Position numbers and translations under genes: made by a program
Part shown: one piece after another, positions 52,083 through 61,239 of the stretch
How the letters are laid out: each line of letters begins with the position of its first letter
How positions within the stretch are numbered: the stretch's first letter is position 1
Origin: Dehalococcoidia bacterium
Lineage (GTDB): Bacteria; Chloroflexota; Dehalococcoidia; Lucifugimonadales; UBA2985
Assembly (NCBI GenBank): GCA_965218945.1
Contig: OZ244718.1
Span: 2,621,700-2,685,699 of the forward strand
Reading direction: 5' to 3'
Length of the DNA stretch: 64,000 bases
The notes under the pieces: model-generated
The model's database searches: none
The model's input: only the letters and a program-made list of their open reading frames with translations
What the model was told of the DNA's origin: nothing

Positions 52083-53575
52083 TATCCACCCCCTATGGAC
52101 GCCAGCTTCTCCTGAAGCATTTCATTGACCAGCGCGGGGCTGGCGCGGCCCCTGGTCTCCTTCATCACCTGTCCCACCAGGAATTTCAGGGCGGTCTCCT
52201 TGCCCCCCAGGTAGTCCTGCACCGCCTGGTCATTCCTGTCCAGGACATCGGCGACTGTCCCGTCCAGCTGGCCGGCGTCGCTTATCTGGGTCAGGCCCTG
52301 CTCTTCGGCTATCGCCTGAGCCTGCTTGCCGGACTTGAACATCTCCTCAAGGACCGTCTTGGCCGCAGGCCCGCTGATGGCTCCCGCTTCGACCAGGTCC
52401 GTGAACTCTCGCAGTAGGCCAGGCGTGATCCTGGAGGCGTCCAGGTCCGCGCCGGAGGCGTTCACTAGGCCCATCAGATCGCCCAGCATCCAGTTGCTGA
52501 CGATCTTGGACTTGGAGGCCAGGACATCTGGCTGCGTCTCCTTCGCCTTCACGCACTCCTCGAAGAAGTCCGCTGTGGCCTTGGATGCGGTGAGCTGCGA
52601 GGCGTCGTTCACAGGCAGCCCGTACATGGAGATGAACCTGTCCCGACGCGCTGCCGGCAACTCCGGCAGTCGCGCCCTGATCTCCTCCACCCGCTCTCTG
52701 CTGATGGTGAGAGGAGGCAGGTCAGGCTCCGGGAAGTAACGGTAGTCGTGGGCAAATTCCTTGGTCCGCTGGGAGTAGGTGACGCCACGGTCTTCCACCC
52801 ATCCCCTGGTCTCCTGCACCACCCGGCCGCCCTCCTCAACCAACTTTATCTGCCTCTCCTCCTCGTACTGGAGGGCGCGGTAGACGGCCCGCAGACTGTT
52901 CATGTTCTTCACCTCCACCTTGGAGAAGAGCTCGGTGCTGCCGACCGGTCTGATGCTGATGTTTGCGTCGCACCGGAAGCTGCCGTCCTCCATGTTGCCC
53001 GTGGAGACGCCCAGGTACTGGAGAATGGCCCTCAGGTTCAGCAGGTACTGCCGGGCCTCCTCCGGAGAGTGCATGTCCGGCTCGCTCACCGTCTCCATCA
53101 GCGGCGACCCGGAGCGGTTAACGTCGACAAGGCTGTAGTCGTCGCCATTGGTCGCCTGGTGATGGTGCAGCTTCGCCACGTCCTCCTCCAGGTGGACCCT
53201 CGTTATCTGCACTTGCCTCTGCACCCCGTCCACCTCGATGTTGAGCCATCCGCCATTGGCGATAGGCTCGTCGTACTGGGAAATCTGGTAGCCCTTCATC
53301 AGGTCCGGATAGGGGTAGTTCTTGCGATGGAACTGGGTGTTCTCGGAAATTTCGGAGTTCAGAGCAAGCCCCGTCATAATGACGTACTCGACGGCTCTGC
53401 TGTTGATGACCGGAAGGGTCCCGGGCATCCCCAGGCACACTGGGCAGACCACGGTGTTGGGGTCAGCCTGGATGTAGTCCGAGGGACAGGAGCAGAACAT
53501 CTTGCTCCTGGTCAGGAGCTGCGCGTGCACTTCCAAGCCGATAACGACTTCGTATTTCCTGTTGGTTTCAACCAT
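52082..53575 (-). CDS. gatB: Asp/Glu-tRNA amidotransferase subunit B
   Basis: 'YEVVIGLEVHAQL.TRSKMFCSC', 'VCPVCLGMPGTLPV', 'RCDANISIRP' and the C-terminal 'GKETALKFLVGQVMKETRGRASP'. Confidence 0.93.
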   Translation of the reverse strand: MVETNRKYEVVIGLEVHAQLLTRSKMFCSCPSDYIQADPNTVVCPVCLGMPGTLPVINSRAVEYVIMTGLALNSEISENTQFHRKNYPYPDLMKGYQISQYDEPIANGGWLNIEVDGVQRQVQITRVHLEEDVAKLHHHQATNGDDYSLVDVNRSGSPLMETVSEPDMHSPEEARQYLLNLRAILQYLGVSTGNMEDGSFRCDANISIRPVGSTELFSKVEVKNMNSLRAVYRALQYEEERQIKLVEEGGRVVQETRGWVEDRGVTYSQRTKEFAHDYRYFPEPDLPPLTISRERVEEIRARLPELPAARRDRFISMYGLPVNDASQLTASKATADFFEECVKAKETQPDVLASKSKIVSNWMLGDLMGLVNASGADLDASRITPGLLREFTDLVEAGAISGPAAKTVLEEMFKSGKQAQAIAEEQGLTQISDAGQLDGTVADVLDRNDQAVQDYLGGKETALKFLVGQVMKETRGRASPALVNEMLQEKLASIGGG

Positions 53576-53756
53576 AGATTTAGAACACTCCGATGTGACT
53601 GTGACTTAGCGGTTAGTATAGCAAAGCGGGATTGGGGCTACAAGGAACGCGGCCTTGATGGATGCTCATGCGCGGAGGGTGGTCGCTCCGCACCTCCCCT
53701 GGATGCCCGTTTGCACGGGCATGACGTGGTAAAGGGATACATCACTCCCGAGAAAG

Positions 53757-53779
53757 CCCACCCCGTACCTGATACGGGG
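53757..53779 (+). repeat. Palindromic element copy f (CCCACCCCGTACCTGATACGGGG) in host DNA
   Basis: It lies in the gatB/GNAT divergent intergenic region, outside the island. Confidence 0.55.
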
Positions 53780-54044
53780 TCGGGAGTCCATTCTTTCTCC
53801 TTTGGGCTTGCCTCTTGTGCGATTTATAGATAGGGTTATGTAGGATGTCGACCCTATTAGGGTCAGATAGATGTCGGACACCAGCAAGAGAGATGAAAGG
53901 GAGGTATGCTGGTGTCAAGGTGAGCGTATATGGAGCCATACTGCCGGAAGCGGCGAGATTGGCACGGCTCCCATCGCCGCTCCTCCGACTGACAAGTGTT
54001 GAAGCGGGTTGGCCTCTACAGGGCAAGAGCTCGGAGGATAGTAG

Positions 54045-54524
54045 ATGAATTGGCAAATTCGATCATTTGATGATAAAGACCTCACCGAAATAGTCGAAGT
54101 ATCGTTGCTGGCCTGGGAACCGGTTTTCGTTTCTTTCAAGCAAATACTTGGGCCCGAAATCTATTCCTTCCTCTACCCTAATTGGCGTCAGAGTCAAAAG
54201 GAAGGAGTGGAAGCCTTTTGCAAAGATCGGGAGAAAGTTAGCGTTCTGGTTGCTGAGCTAGGCGGAAGAGTTGTCGGGTTTCTGGCATATCAGGTCAGAG
54301 GCCAAACTGGGGAAGTGGAGTTACTGGCAGTCCATCCCGACTACCAGGGTCTAGGCATCGGCACGGAATTGAACAACAGGGCTCTGGAGGAAATGAAAGC
54401 CGCCGGGGTTGTGATGGTTGAGGTAGGAACTGGGGGCGATGAATCCCACGCACCCGCCCGAAGATCATATGAGAAAGCGGGTTACACTGCCTTACCGTTG
54501 GTTCGGTATTACAAGCGCCTCTAG
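54045..54524 (+). CDS. GNAT-family N-acetyltransferase
   Basis: 'LAVHPDYQGLGIGTELNNRALEEMKAAG' is the acetyl-CoA binding motif. Confidence 0.85.
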   Translation: MNWQIRSFDDKDLTEIVEVSLLAWEPVFVSFKQILGPEIYSFLYPNWRQSQKEGVEAFCKDREKVSVLVAELGGRVVGFLAYQVRGQTGEVELLAVHPDYQGLGIGTELNNRALEEMKAAGVVMVEVGTGGDESHAPARRSYEKAGYTALPLVRYYKRL

Positions 54525-54740
54525 GCAATGCTGAACGAGCTGTGGGACCTGTAACCCTGTATTTAGAAACAGGTGTGCATTGCACCGGGCCTCTATTAAG
54601 CGCTCCCGACCCCAAGAGTTGATGGGATTTACCGAGAACCGGCTGGCGTGACCTAGGTTTTGCATTCCCCATCGGCTGCACCTCAGCCCTACCTTGCCAG
54701 TTTGCGCGCTTGCGGGTAGACTAGCTACTTGGATGTAGCT

Positions 54741-56492
54741 ATGACCACCTTAGACCACAACCACGACTTGCATTCCCTCCGCGAGCGTATGCGACACTCC
54801 GCCGCCCACGTGATGGCGGACGCCGTTCTCCAACTGTTCCCGGACGCCAAGCTGGGCATCGGCCCTTCCACAGATGACGGCTTCTACTACGACTTCGAGG
54901 TGTCCCGCGCCTTCACACCGGAAGATCTGGAGGCCATCGAGGAGCGCATCAGTGAGACCATCGCCGGTGACCTTCCATTTGTGTACGAGGAGATAAGCCT
55001 GGCCGACGCCAAGGCTATGTTCTCCGACCAGACCTACAAGCTGGAGATTATCGACGAGCTCCCGCCGGACGAGATCATCAGCGTCTACCGCCACGGCGAC
55101 TTCGTGGACCTGTGCCGTGGCCCTCACGTGAACTCCACAGCGCAGATAAGCGCTTGCAAGCTCCTGAACATCGCCGGCGCATACTGGCGCGGCGACGAGA
55201 AACGGCCTATGCTGCAACGCATCTACGGCACGGCCTTCGAGACCGGCGATGCCCTGGAGGAGTACCTGGAGCGTCTTGAGGAGGCGCAGCGCCGCGACCA
55301 TCGCAGGCTAGCGCGGGAGCTGGACCTGCTTTCGTTCCACGAGGAGTACGGCCCCGGGCTCGTCTACTGGCATCCCAAGGGAGGCCGGGTGCGGTCGATC
55401 ATCGAAGACTTCTGGCGCCGTGAGCACTACCGCGCCGGCTACGACCTGGTCTATTCGCCACACGTCGGGAAGTCGACCATATGGGAGACCAGCGGCCATC
55501 TGGATTTCTACGCCGAGAACATGTACTCCCCCATGGACGTGGACGGCCAGGACTATTATGTCAAGCCGATGAACTGCCCCTTCCACGTCCAGATCTACAA
55601 GAGCTCCCTCAGGAGCTACCGGGAGCTTCCCATGCGCCTGGGAGAGCTGGGCACGGTCTACCGCTACGAGCGCTCCGGCGTCCTGCACGGCCTGCTGCGC
55701 GTGCGGGGCTTCACCCAGGACGACGCCCACATCTTCTGCCGCCCCGGCCAGGTGGAGGATGAGATTGGCCGGTGCGTGGACTTCATGCAGTTCTTCCTGC
55801 GCTCATTCGGGTTCCAGGACTTTCACGTCTACCTGTCCACCCGGAACGAAGGCGGGAAGTTCGCAGGCTCCCTGGAGGACTGGGATATGGCGACCGGGAC
55901 GCTGCGAGACGTGATACAGTCCCGCGGCCTGCCCTATGACGTGGATGAGGGAGGAGCCGTGTTCTACGGCCCAAAGATAGACGTGAAGATGGTGGATGCC
56001 CTGGGGCGCGAGTGGCAATGCACTACCATCCAGTTTGACTTCAACCTGCCGGAGCGCTTTGACGTGACCTATATCGGAGAGGACGGCAATGAGCATCGCC
56101 CATACGTGGTGCATCGCGCCCTCCTGGGTTCCATAGAGCGCTTCTTCGGCGTGCTGATCGAGCACTACGCCGGCGCTTTCCCCACCTGGCTCGCCCCAGT
56201 TCAGGCGGTGGTCATACCCATAGCGGACCGTCACCTGGATTTCGCTCAAGGGGTATCGGACAGGCTTAGGGAGGGCGACATTCGCGTGGACGTGGACGGC
56301 CGCTCTGAGCGAATGAACGCCAAGATACGCCAAGCCCAGCTGAACAAGGTGCCCTTCATGCTCATCGTGGGCGACAAGGAGATCGACTCCGACTCCGTGT
56401 CGGTGCGCCTGCGGGACGGCCAGGACCTCGGCCCCAAGCCCGTCAGCGAAGTGATGGGTCTTATACAGGAGGCGGTGGACTCAAGAGTGTGA
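54741..56492 (+). CDS. thrS: Threonine--tRNA ligase, short form without an N-terminal TGS domain
   Basis: 'HSAAHVMADAV' (editing-domain His pair) occurs about 20 aa from the start. Also present are 'DLCRGPHV', 'FHEEYGPGLVYWHPKG', 'RGFTQDDAHIFC' and 'VVHRALLGSIERF'. Confidence 0.9.
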   Translation: MTTLDHNHDLHSLRERMRHSAAHVMADAVLQLFPDAKLGIGPSTDDGFYYDFEVSRAFTPEDLEAIEERISETIAGDLPFVYEEISLADAKAMFSDQTYKLEIIDELPPDEIISVYRHGDFVDLCRGPHVNSTAQISACKLLNIAGAYWRGDEKRPMLQRIYGTAFETGDALEEYLERLEEAQRRDHRRLARELDLLSFHEEYGPGLVYWHPKGGRVRSIIEDFWRREHYRAGYDLVYSPHVGKSTIWETSGHLDFYAENMYSPMDVDGQDYYVKPMNCPFHVQIYKSSLRSYRELPMRLGELGTVYRYERSGVLHGLLRVRGFTQDDAHIFCRPGQVEDEIGRCVDFMQFFLRSFGFQDFHVYLSTRNEGGKFAGSLEDWDMATGTLRDVIQSRGLPYDVDEGGAVFYGPKIDVKMVDALGREWQCTTIQFDFNLPERFDVTYIGEDGNEHRPYVVHRALLGSIERFFGVLIEHYAGAFPTWLAPVQAVVIPIADRHLDFAQGVSDRLREGDIRVDVDGRSERMNAKIRQAQLNKVPFMLIVGDKEIDSDSVSVRLRDGQDLGPKPVSEVMGLIQEAVDSRV

Positions 56493-56529
56493 GGGAATCT
56501 GGCTCGACTCTGAACCTGAAGAGTTACAT

Positions 56530-57150
56530 GTGTCCAAACTCGTCATACTAGCGGCTGCGACTCTACTACTGCTTGTAGTAGCCTGCTCACAGCCAGCAGT
56601 CAACATCTCGGAAGTACATTGTCAATCAGAAGACATTGCCCAAATTGCAGATGGCTATGTGATTATAGACACCGTCGGTCCAGAACTCCGGGATTCTGAT
56701 TCAAGAGGTTGGCGGGAGTCGCTCAGCACCGAATGGGCTGACCTTCCAGACGGTTTCCAGCTCAACATACACTGCTTAACGGTCGTCTACGACAGCACTG
56801 AGAACGCCCGGCTGGCGCTTAATTCCTCTACTGCCATACAAAATGTATGGCCAAAAGGGGAATTGGAGTTATTGGCGCAGCTACCGGTTCTCCCGCCAAC
56901 CATTGGCGAAGAATCTATAGCCTTCAAGATAGAAGCTGGAAGACGCTGGGGTACCGAGGTACACCGCAACTACGCTACGACCACAGTTATGTTTAACCGG
57001 GAGAATGTTGTGGTTATGGTCACTTCGGGCGTTAACTGTCTCGCCATTACCTCATTGGCCTGTGATTACTTGGTGAACAGGCTTAGTGTCGATGTGCCTG
57101 CCAACATTGCTAGTCGTATAGATCGGCGCATCCTTGCAGAACTGGGGTAG
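56530..57150 (+). CDS. Hypothetical lipoprotein
   Basis: GTG start. The lipobox is 'LLLLVVACSQP'. Confidence 0.6.
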   Translation: MSKLVILAAATLLLLVVACSQPAVNISEVHCQSEDIAQIADGYVIIDTVGPELRDSDSRGWRESLSTEWADLPDGFQLNIHCLTVVYDSTENARLALNSSTAIQNVWPKGELELLAQLPVLPPTIGEESIAFKIEAGRRWGTEVHRNYATTTVMFNRENVVVMVTSGVNCLAITSLACDYLVNRLSVDVPANIASRIDRRILAELG

Positions 57151-57329
57151 GTAAAGCCACCTCGCCTTGCGCAATAGGGCTCGTCAAAAGACGCCCCGCT
57201 CATCCTGAGACGGTTCACCAGCGCCATCGTGCATCATAGATTCCTGCTTCCGCAGGAATGGCGGAACGGGCGTGGCTATCCTTCCCGCTCATATGGTTCG
57301 CCAAGCTCACCATGAGCGCGTTGGATATA

Positions 57330-57596
57330 TCAGTTCTGGGGTACTTCTACGGGGGGAAGCATCTCCTCCAGCATTCGCTGGAGGGCCATGGAGTGACTGC
57401 AGAAGCCGTGACCTGGGAAGAAGGTGCAGGTGCATGTCAGGTTGCCATCGCTGTATTCCACCTTGTGGTCGTCGTTCTCGCCACGGAAGGTGACCACGAA
57501 GCTGCTGAAGGTAACCCGGCCTTTCTCTTCGGCGTATCTCTTGGCCTTCTCTATCTTGCCGATCACGCTTGAGTACATATATGCTCCTTCGAACAA
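57330..57596 (-). CDS. Small SWIM zinc-finger protein
   Basis: 'CTCTFFPGHGFCSHSMAL' fits CxCxnCxH. Confidence 0.65.
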   Translation of the reverse strand: MFEGAYMYSSVIGKIEKAKRYAEEKGRVTFSSFVVTFRGENDDHKVEYSDGNLTCTCTFFPGHGFCSHSMALQRMLEEMLPPVEVPQN

Positions 57597-57743
57597 TTAG
57601 GTATGATGTACTTTTATTTTATTCCCTGGGGCTTTCAAGGTCAATGAGTTGCACTGCGCAGTAGCGTGGTTTTGACCCCTCTCCTTGGTTGACACAGGGC
57701 AGCCCTCGGATATATTTTTATGCGAGGTTGACAAGTTCGTTGG

Positions 57744-59099
57744 ATGTGGCAGCCTTACGCATCCTCGCCCCAAAAACTATCTAAACCAGGTCTTGGGAAG
57801 GAAGGTCCAGAGTTGCAGGAGAGCAGACCAAGGATCTTCTATGGCTGGTGGATTGTTCTCGCCGCATTCCTGCTTCTGACCTTCAGCAGCATGACCGGCT
57901 CCTACGGCCTCAGCCTGTTCTACAAGCGCCTCACCGACCACTTTGACTGGGGCCGCACGGCCCTGGCGGGGGCCATCTCCCTCTCCAGGCTGGAGGCCGG
58001 GTTCCTGGGTGGAATAGAGGGGTTCCTGGTCGACAAGTTTGGGCCGCGAATCATGATTCTGCTGGGCGTCACCCTGACCAGCATCGGCATGATACTCCTG
58101 TCCCGCATCAACACCCTGCTGGCCTTCTACGTCATATTCATCATATTGGTGACTGGGGGACGGAGCCTCAGCTCCATGATCGCCATTGACACCACGGTGG
58201 CCAACTGGTTCATCCGGCGACGAGGCACCGCCTTCGGACTGCTGCGGTCTGCGGTGGCGGTCGGAGCGGCCGGAGTGATAGTGGTTGCGTGGTTCATCGA
58301 CATGTACGGCTGGAGAACGGCCTTCGTTGTCACGGGCATAGGCACGCTTCTCGTCGGTGTGCCCACGGCCCTTGTGATGCGCCACAGGCCGGAGCAGTAC
58401 GGAATGCTCCCGGACGGCGAAACGAGGGAGACGGAGCGCGGCCAGCCCCTGGACATCCGCGGCGGGTCTGAGGAGGCGACCGACGTAGCCGAGCCGGAAG
58501 CGGAGAAGGAGCCGGACATCGGCATGACTGTGATGGAGGCCCTGAAGACCAAGCCCTTCTGGGCCCTGTCCTTCGGCTTCTCTATACGGCTCCTTGTCAC
58601 CGGGGCCGCGACGCTGCACGCCATCCCACTGGTGGAGGACCTGGGGTACTCCCAGACCACTGCCGCCGCCGTTCTTGGCTCTATGGGAATGGTCAGCATT
58701 ATCGGAAGGCTGGGCGGCGGTTTCCTTAACGACGCCCTGGGCACCAAGATAGTAGCCGTCGGAAGCGTATGCTCCCTCGCTATCTCCTGCCTTGTCATCG
58801 CCTACGCCCAGAACCTCTGGCACATAATTCTGTTCGTGGCCCTGTACGCCCCATCCTACGGCTGCTCCGCGGCCACTATGCCGGCCATCAAGGCCGACTA
58901 CTTCGGTCGAAAGTCATACGGCACTATCCTGGGCCTCTCAGGGATGGTGCAGATGGCCGGATCCATGCTCGGCCCCGTCTACGCCGCATACGTGTACGAC
59001 GTCTCGGGCAGCTATCGATTAGCGTTCCTGAGCTTTGCGGTGCTGCTCATTATCTCAGCAGCGCTCTTCGCATCCCTGCAACGTCCCCGGTACAGGTGA
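57744..59099 (+). CDS. MFS transporter
   Basis: About 12 TM helices with a central acidic loop. The start is uncertain: ATG at 57744, or TTG at 57813 preceded by GGAAGGAAGG. Confidence 0.8.
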   Translation: MWQPYASSPQKLSKPGLGKEGPELQESRPRIFYGWWIVLAAFLLLTFSSMTGSYGLSLFYKRLTDHFDWGRTALAGAISLSRLEAGFLGGIEGFLVDKFGPRIMILLGVTLTSIGMILLSRINTLLAFYVIFIILVTGGRSLSSMIAIDTTVANWFIRRRGTAFGLLRSAVAVGAAGVIVVAWFIDMYGWRTAFVVTGIGTLLVGVPTALVMRHRPEQYGMLPDGETRETERGQPLDIRGGSEEATDVAEPEAEKEPDIGMTVMEALKTKPFWALSFGFSIRLLVTGAATLHAIPLVEDLGYSQTTAAAVLGSMGMVSIIGRLGGGFLNDALGTKIVAVGSVCSLAISCLVIAYAQNLWHIILFVALYAPSYGCSAATMPAIKADYFGRKSYGTILGLSGMVQMAGSMLGPVYAAYVYDVSGSYRLAFLSFAVLLIISAALFASLQRPRYR

Positions 59100-59165
59100 G
59101 TTGGCCTCCGCGGAAATTGATGTATAATACGGGCAGAGCAACGGCTGGATGAAGAGGGAATTGAT

Positions 59166-59543
59166 ATGGGTATTTTTCGTAAGAATGTAGTGGTGAGGGG
59201 AAGAAGCGAATCGGCCGTGGATATAGTTCCCGCTTTGGTAGATACAGGGGCTACCTATTCTATGCTTCCAAGCAGTTTGATGAGTGAGATGGGTGTAGAG
59301 GCAAGTAAGTATGACACGTTCACTCTAGCGGACGGCCGCAAGCAGCGGTTTCCTACCGGGGAAGTACGTCTTGGGGTCTGGTTCGAGAGGGATGGCTGGA
59401 ACTCCTTTGTAGAGCGTTATAGTCCTGTCATCTTCGGTCCGGATGATTGCTTTTTACTGGGGGCAATCACTCTTCAGATATTTGGGTTGATTGCCGACAC
59501 AACTAACCATAAAGTGATCCCCGCGCCAGAGATGACCTTATAA
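59166..59543 (+). CDS. Retropepsin-like (clan AA) aspartyl protease
   Basis: 'ALVDTGATYSMLP' contains the catalytic D-T-G. The size, 125 aa, is typical. Confidence 0.75.
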   Translation: MGIFRKNVVVRGRSESAVDIVPALVDTGATYSMLPSSLMSEMGVEASKYDTFTLADGRKQRFPTGEVRLGVWFERDGWNSFVERYSPVIFGPDDCFLLGAITLQIFGLIADTTNHKVIPAPEMTL

Positions 59544-59658
59544 AGGCGGTTAGTTGCGTCGGGAAAAGAAGGAGAGGGTCTGAGTCCTCTCCCCCGGCTG
59601 GAATGATATGTAATTCCCTGAGATAACCCCAGGCTGCTTTCCTGAAGGAGGCGTTCAG

Positions 59659-60381
59659 ATGCCCGTCATATCGCCGCAAGACCGCCAGACCCTGGAGGAG
59701 CGCTTTCGGAAGGAGCTCAAGAGGAAAATCACCCTGCGGCTCTTCACTTCCCAGTTAGCCGGACAGCTGTTTGTTCCGGGGAGGGAGTGCCCCACCTGCC
59801 CCCAGACCCAGCAGATTCTGGAGGAATTGACCTCCCTCTCCCCGCTGCTTGAGCTGGAGACCGTCGATTACTACAGCCAGGGCCAGACGGCGCGGGAGAG
59901 CGGCGTGGAGCGCATCCCCGCCATAGTGGTGACCAGGGGCGAAAACACCGGCGTCAAGTACTACGGAATGCCGTCGGGCTACGAGTTCGTCACCATCATC
60001 GAAAGCGCAATCGAGCTGTCCAAGCCCAGGACCTCTCTGAGCGCCGACACTCGGAAGAAGCTGCAACTGGTGGACGAGGACGTCCACATCCAGGTGTTCG
60101 TGACACCCACCTGACCCCACTGCCCCTCGGTGGCCCGTGTGGCCCAGATGATGGCGATGGAGAACGACCACATCAAGACGGACGTGGTGGAGGTGCAGGA
60201 GTTCCCTCAGATAGCCCAGAGGTACCGTGTCATGGGAGTGCCCAAGACCGTCATCAACGAGACCACCCAGTTCATCGGCGCAGTCCCGGAGGAGACCTTC
60301 ATAGGCAAGGTGCTGGAGGCCATTGGCAAGGCGGAGGCAGCCCCCGACTCTGAGGACCCAGCGCCGTCCACGTCAATCTAG
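59659..60381 (+). CDS. Two-domain glutaredoxin-like protein-disulfide oxidoreductase with an in-frame TGA (Sec candidate) at 60112-60114
   Basis: ORFs 59659-60114 and 60130-60381 are in the same frame. The first unit has 'ECPTCPQT'. The second reads 'IQVFVTPT-TGA-PHCPSVARVAQMMAMEN...FPQIAQRYRVMGVPKTVIN', so the TGA sits where the family has the first Cys of 'TPTCPxCP'. Confidence 0.65.
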
Positions 60382-60390
60382 GGCGCGGGG

Positions 60391-61191
60391 TTATATGGGA
60401 GCCTCAATCTCCACCGGCTCATTGAAGCCGGAGAAGGTGAATGTCACGGTAATGGCAAATCTGGTCCCTTCGGGTATGACGACGTTGGGGAAGCCAAATT
60501 CGTATTCGCCATCGGAAGTCCGTTCCTGAACATTTCTGGACTGTCGCACCAGATAGTCGTCTTTCCCTATCCAGACCTCGGCCCACTCTGCAAGCTCTGC
60601 TCTGCGGATACTCTCAACCCATGCTCTTAGAGACTCTATCGTTTCCAAGTCGGTTGCCTCTTCCAACTGCTCCAAGGCGCTGTCGAGCGTTCTGTTGTGG
60701 TCTACCCTGTAGCGCCAACACTCGACGCCGTCTATGGATTCGCTGGGAAGCTCCCTCACTTCTTCGACTGCGGCACTGATGAAGACATCCAAATAACTCG
60801 ATAACTCCCAGGCAGCCGGTCCCGGCCAATCCTCCGGGAGTTCTCTCATTCGCCATTCAGACTCGTCCTGTCGCCTTTCGTACGTCTTTCTACCGATGAT
60901 TATGGATTCTGTGACATCCGTCCCGTACGTGCTTGTGCCTTTCCAACGGTCCGGGGCGAGGAAATCACCCTCTGCCAGGGGTGAGGGACTGATGTCTCCC
61001 ATCCCCTCAGCGGAGACTACGTATGACAGGGCGCGATGGAACGAAGAAACCTCTTCGCTGGTGTTTGCGGCCTGCGCTCTCTCCAGCACCTGCTGAATCG
61101 CCGGTTCCCCGGTGTATCCGCAGCCCGCAAGAGCCAAAATCAGTAGCAACAGGACGGCCGCAACGACTGAAGGGTATCGGTCTACACTCAT
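60391..61191 (-). CDS. Hypothetical lipoprotein
   Basis: The lipobox is 'LILALAGCGYTG'. No family recognised. Confidence 0.6.
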   Translation of the reverse strand: MSVDRYPSVVAAVLLLLILALAGCGYTGEPAIQQVLERAQAANTSEEVSSFHRALSYVVSAEGMGDISPSPLAEGDFLAPDRWKGTSTYGTDVTESIIIGRKTYERRQDESEWRMRELPEDWPGPAAWELSSYLDVFISAAVEEVRELPSESIDGVECWRYRVDHNRTLDSALEQLEEATDLETIESLRAWVESIRRAELAEWAEVWIGKDDYLVRQSRNVQERTSDGEYEFGFPNVVIPEGTRFAITVTFTFSGFNEPVEIEAPI

Positions 61192-61239
61192 GGTAAGTTT
61201 GTCGAACCATATGAGCAGCGGGAAGAGTGGCCCAACGTC

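Noticed and set aside
53576-54044. Possible ncRNA or small ORFs (53666-53887 and 53742-54056, minus strand) in the 470-bp gatB/GNAT spacer
   Set aside because: The ORF translations are not protein-like, and I could not match the region to any RNA family (tRNA, tmRNA, RNase P, SRP, riboswitch) by eye. Only hairpins and palindromic element copy f are supported.
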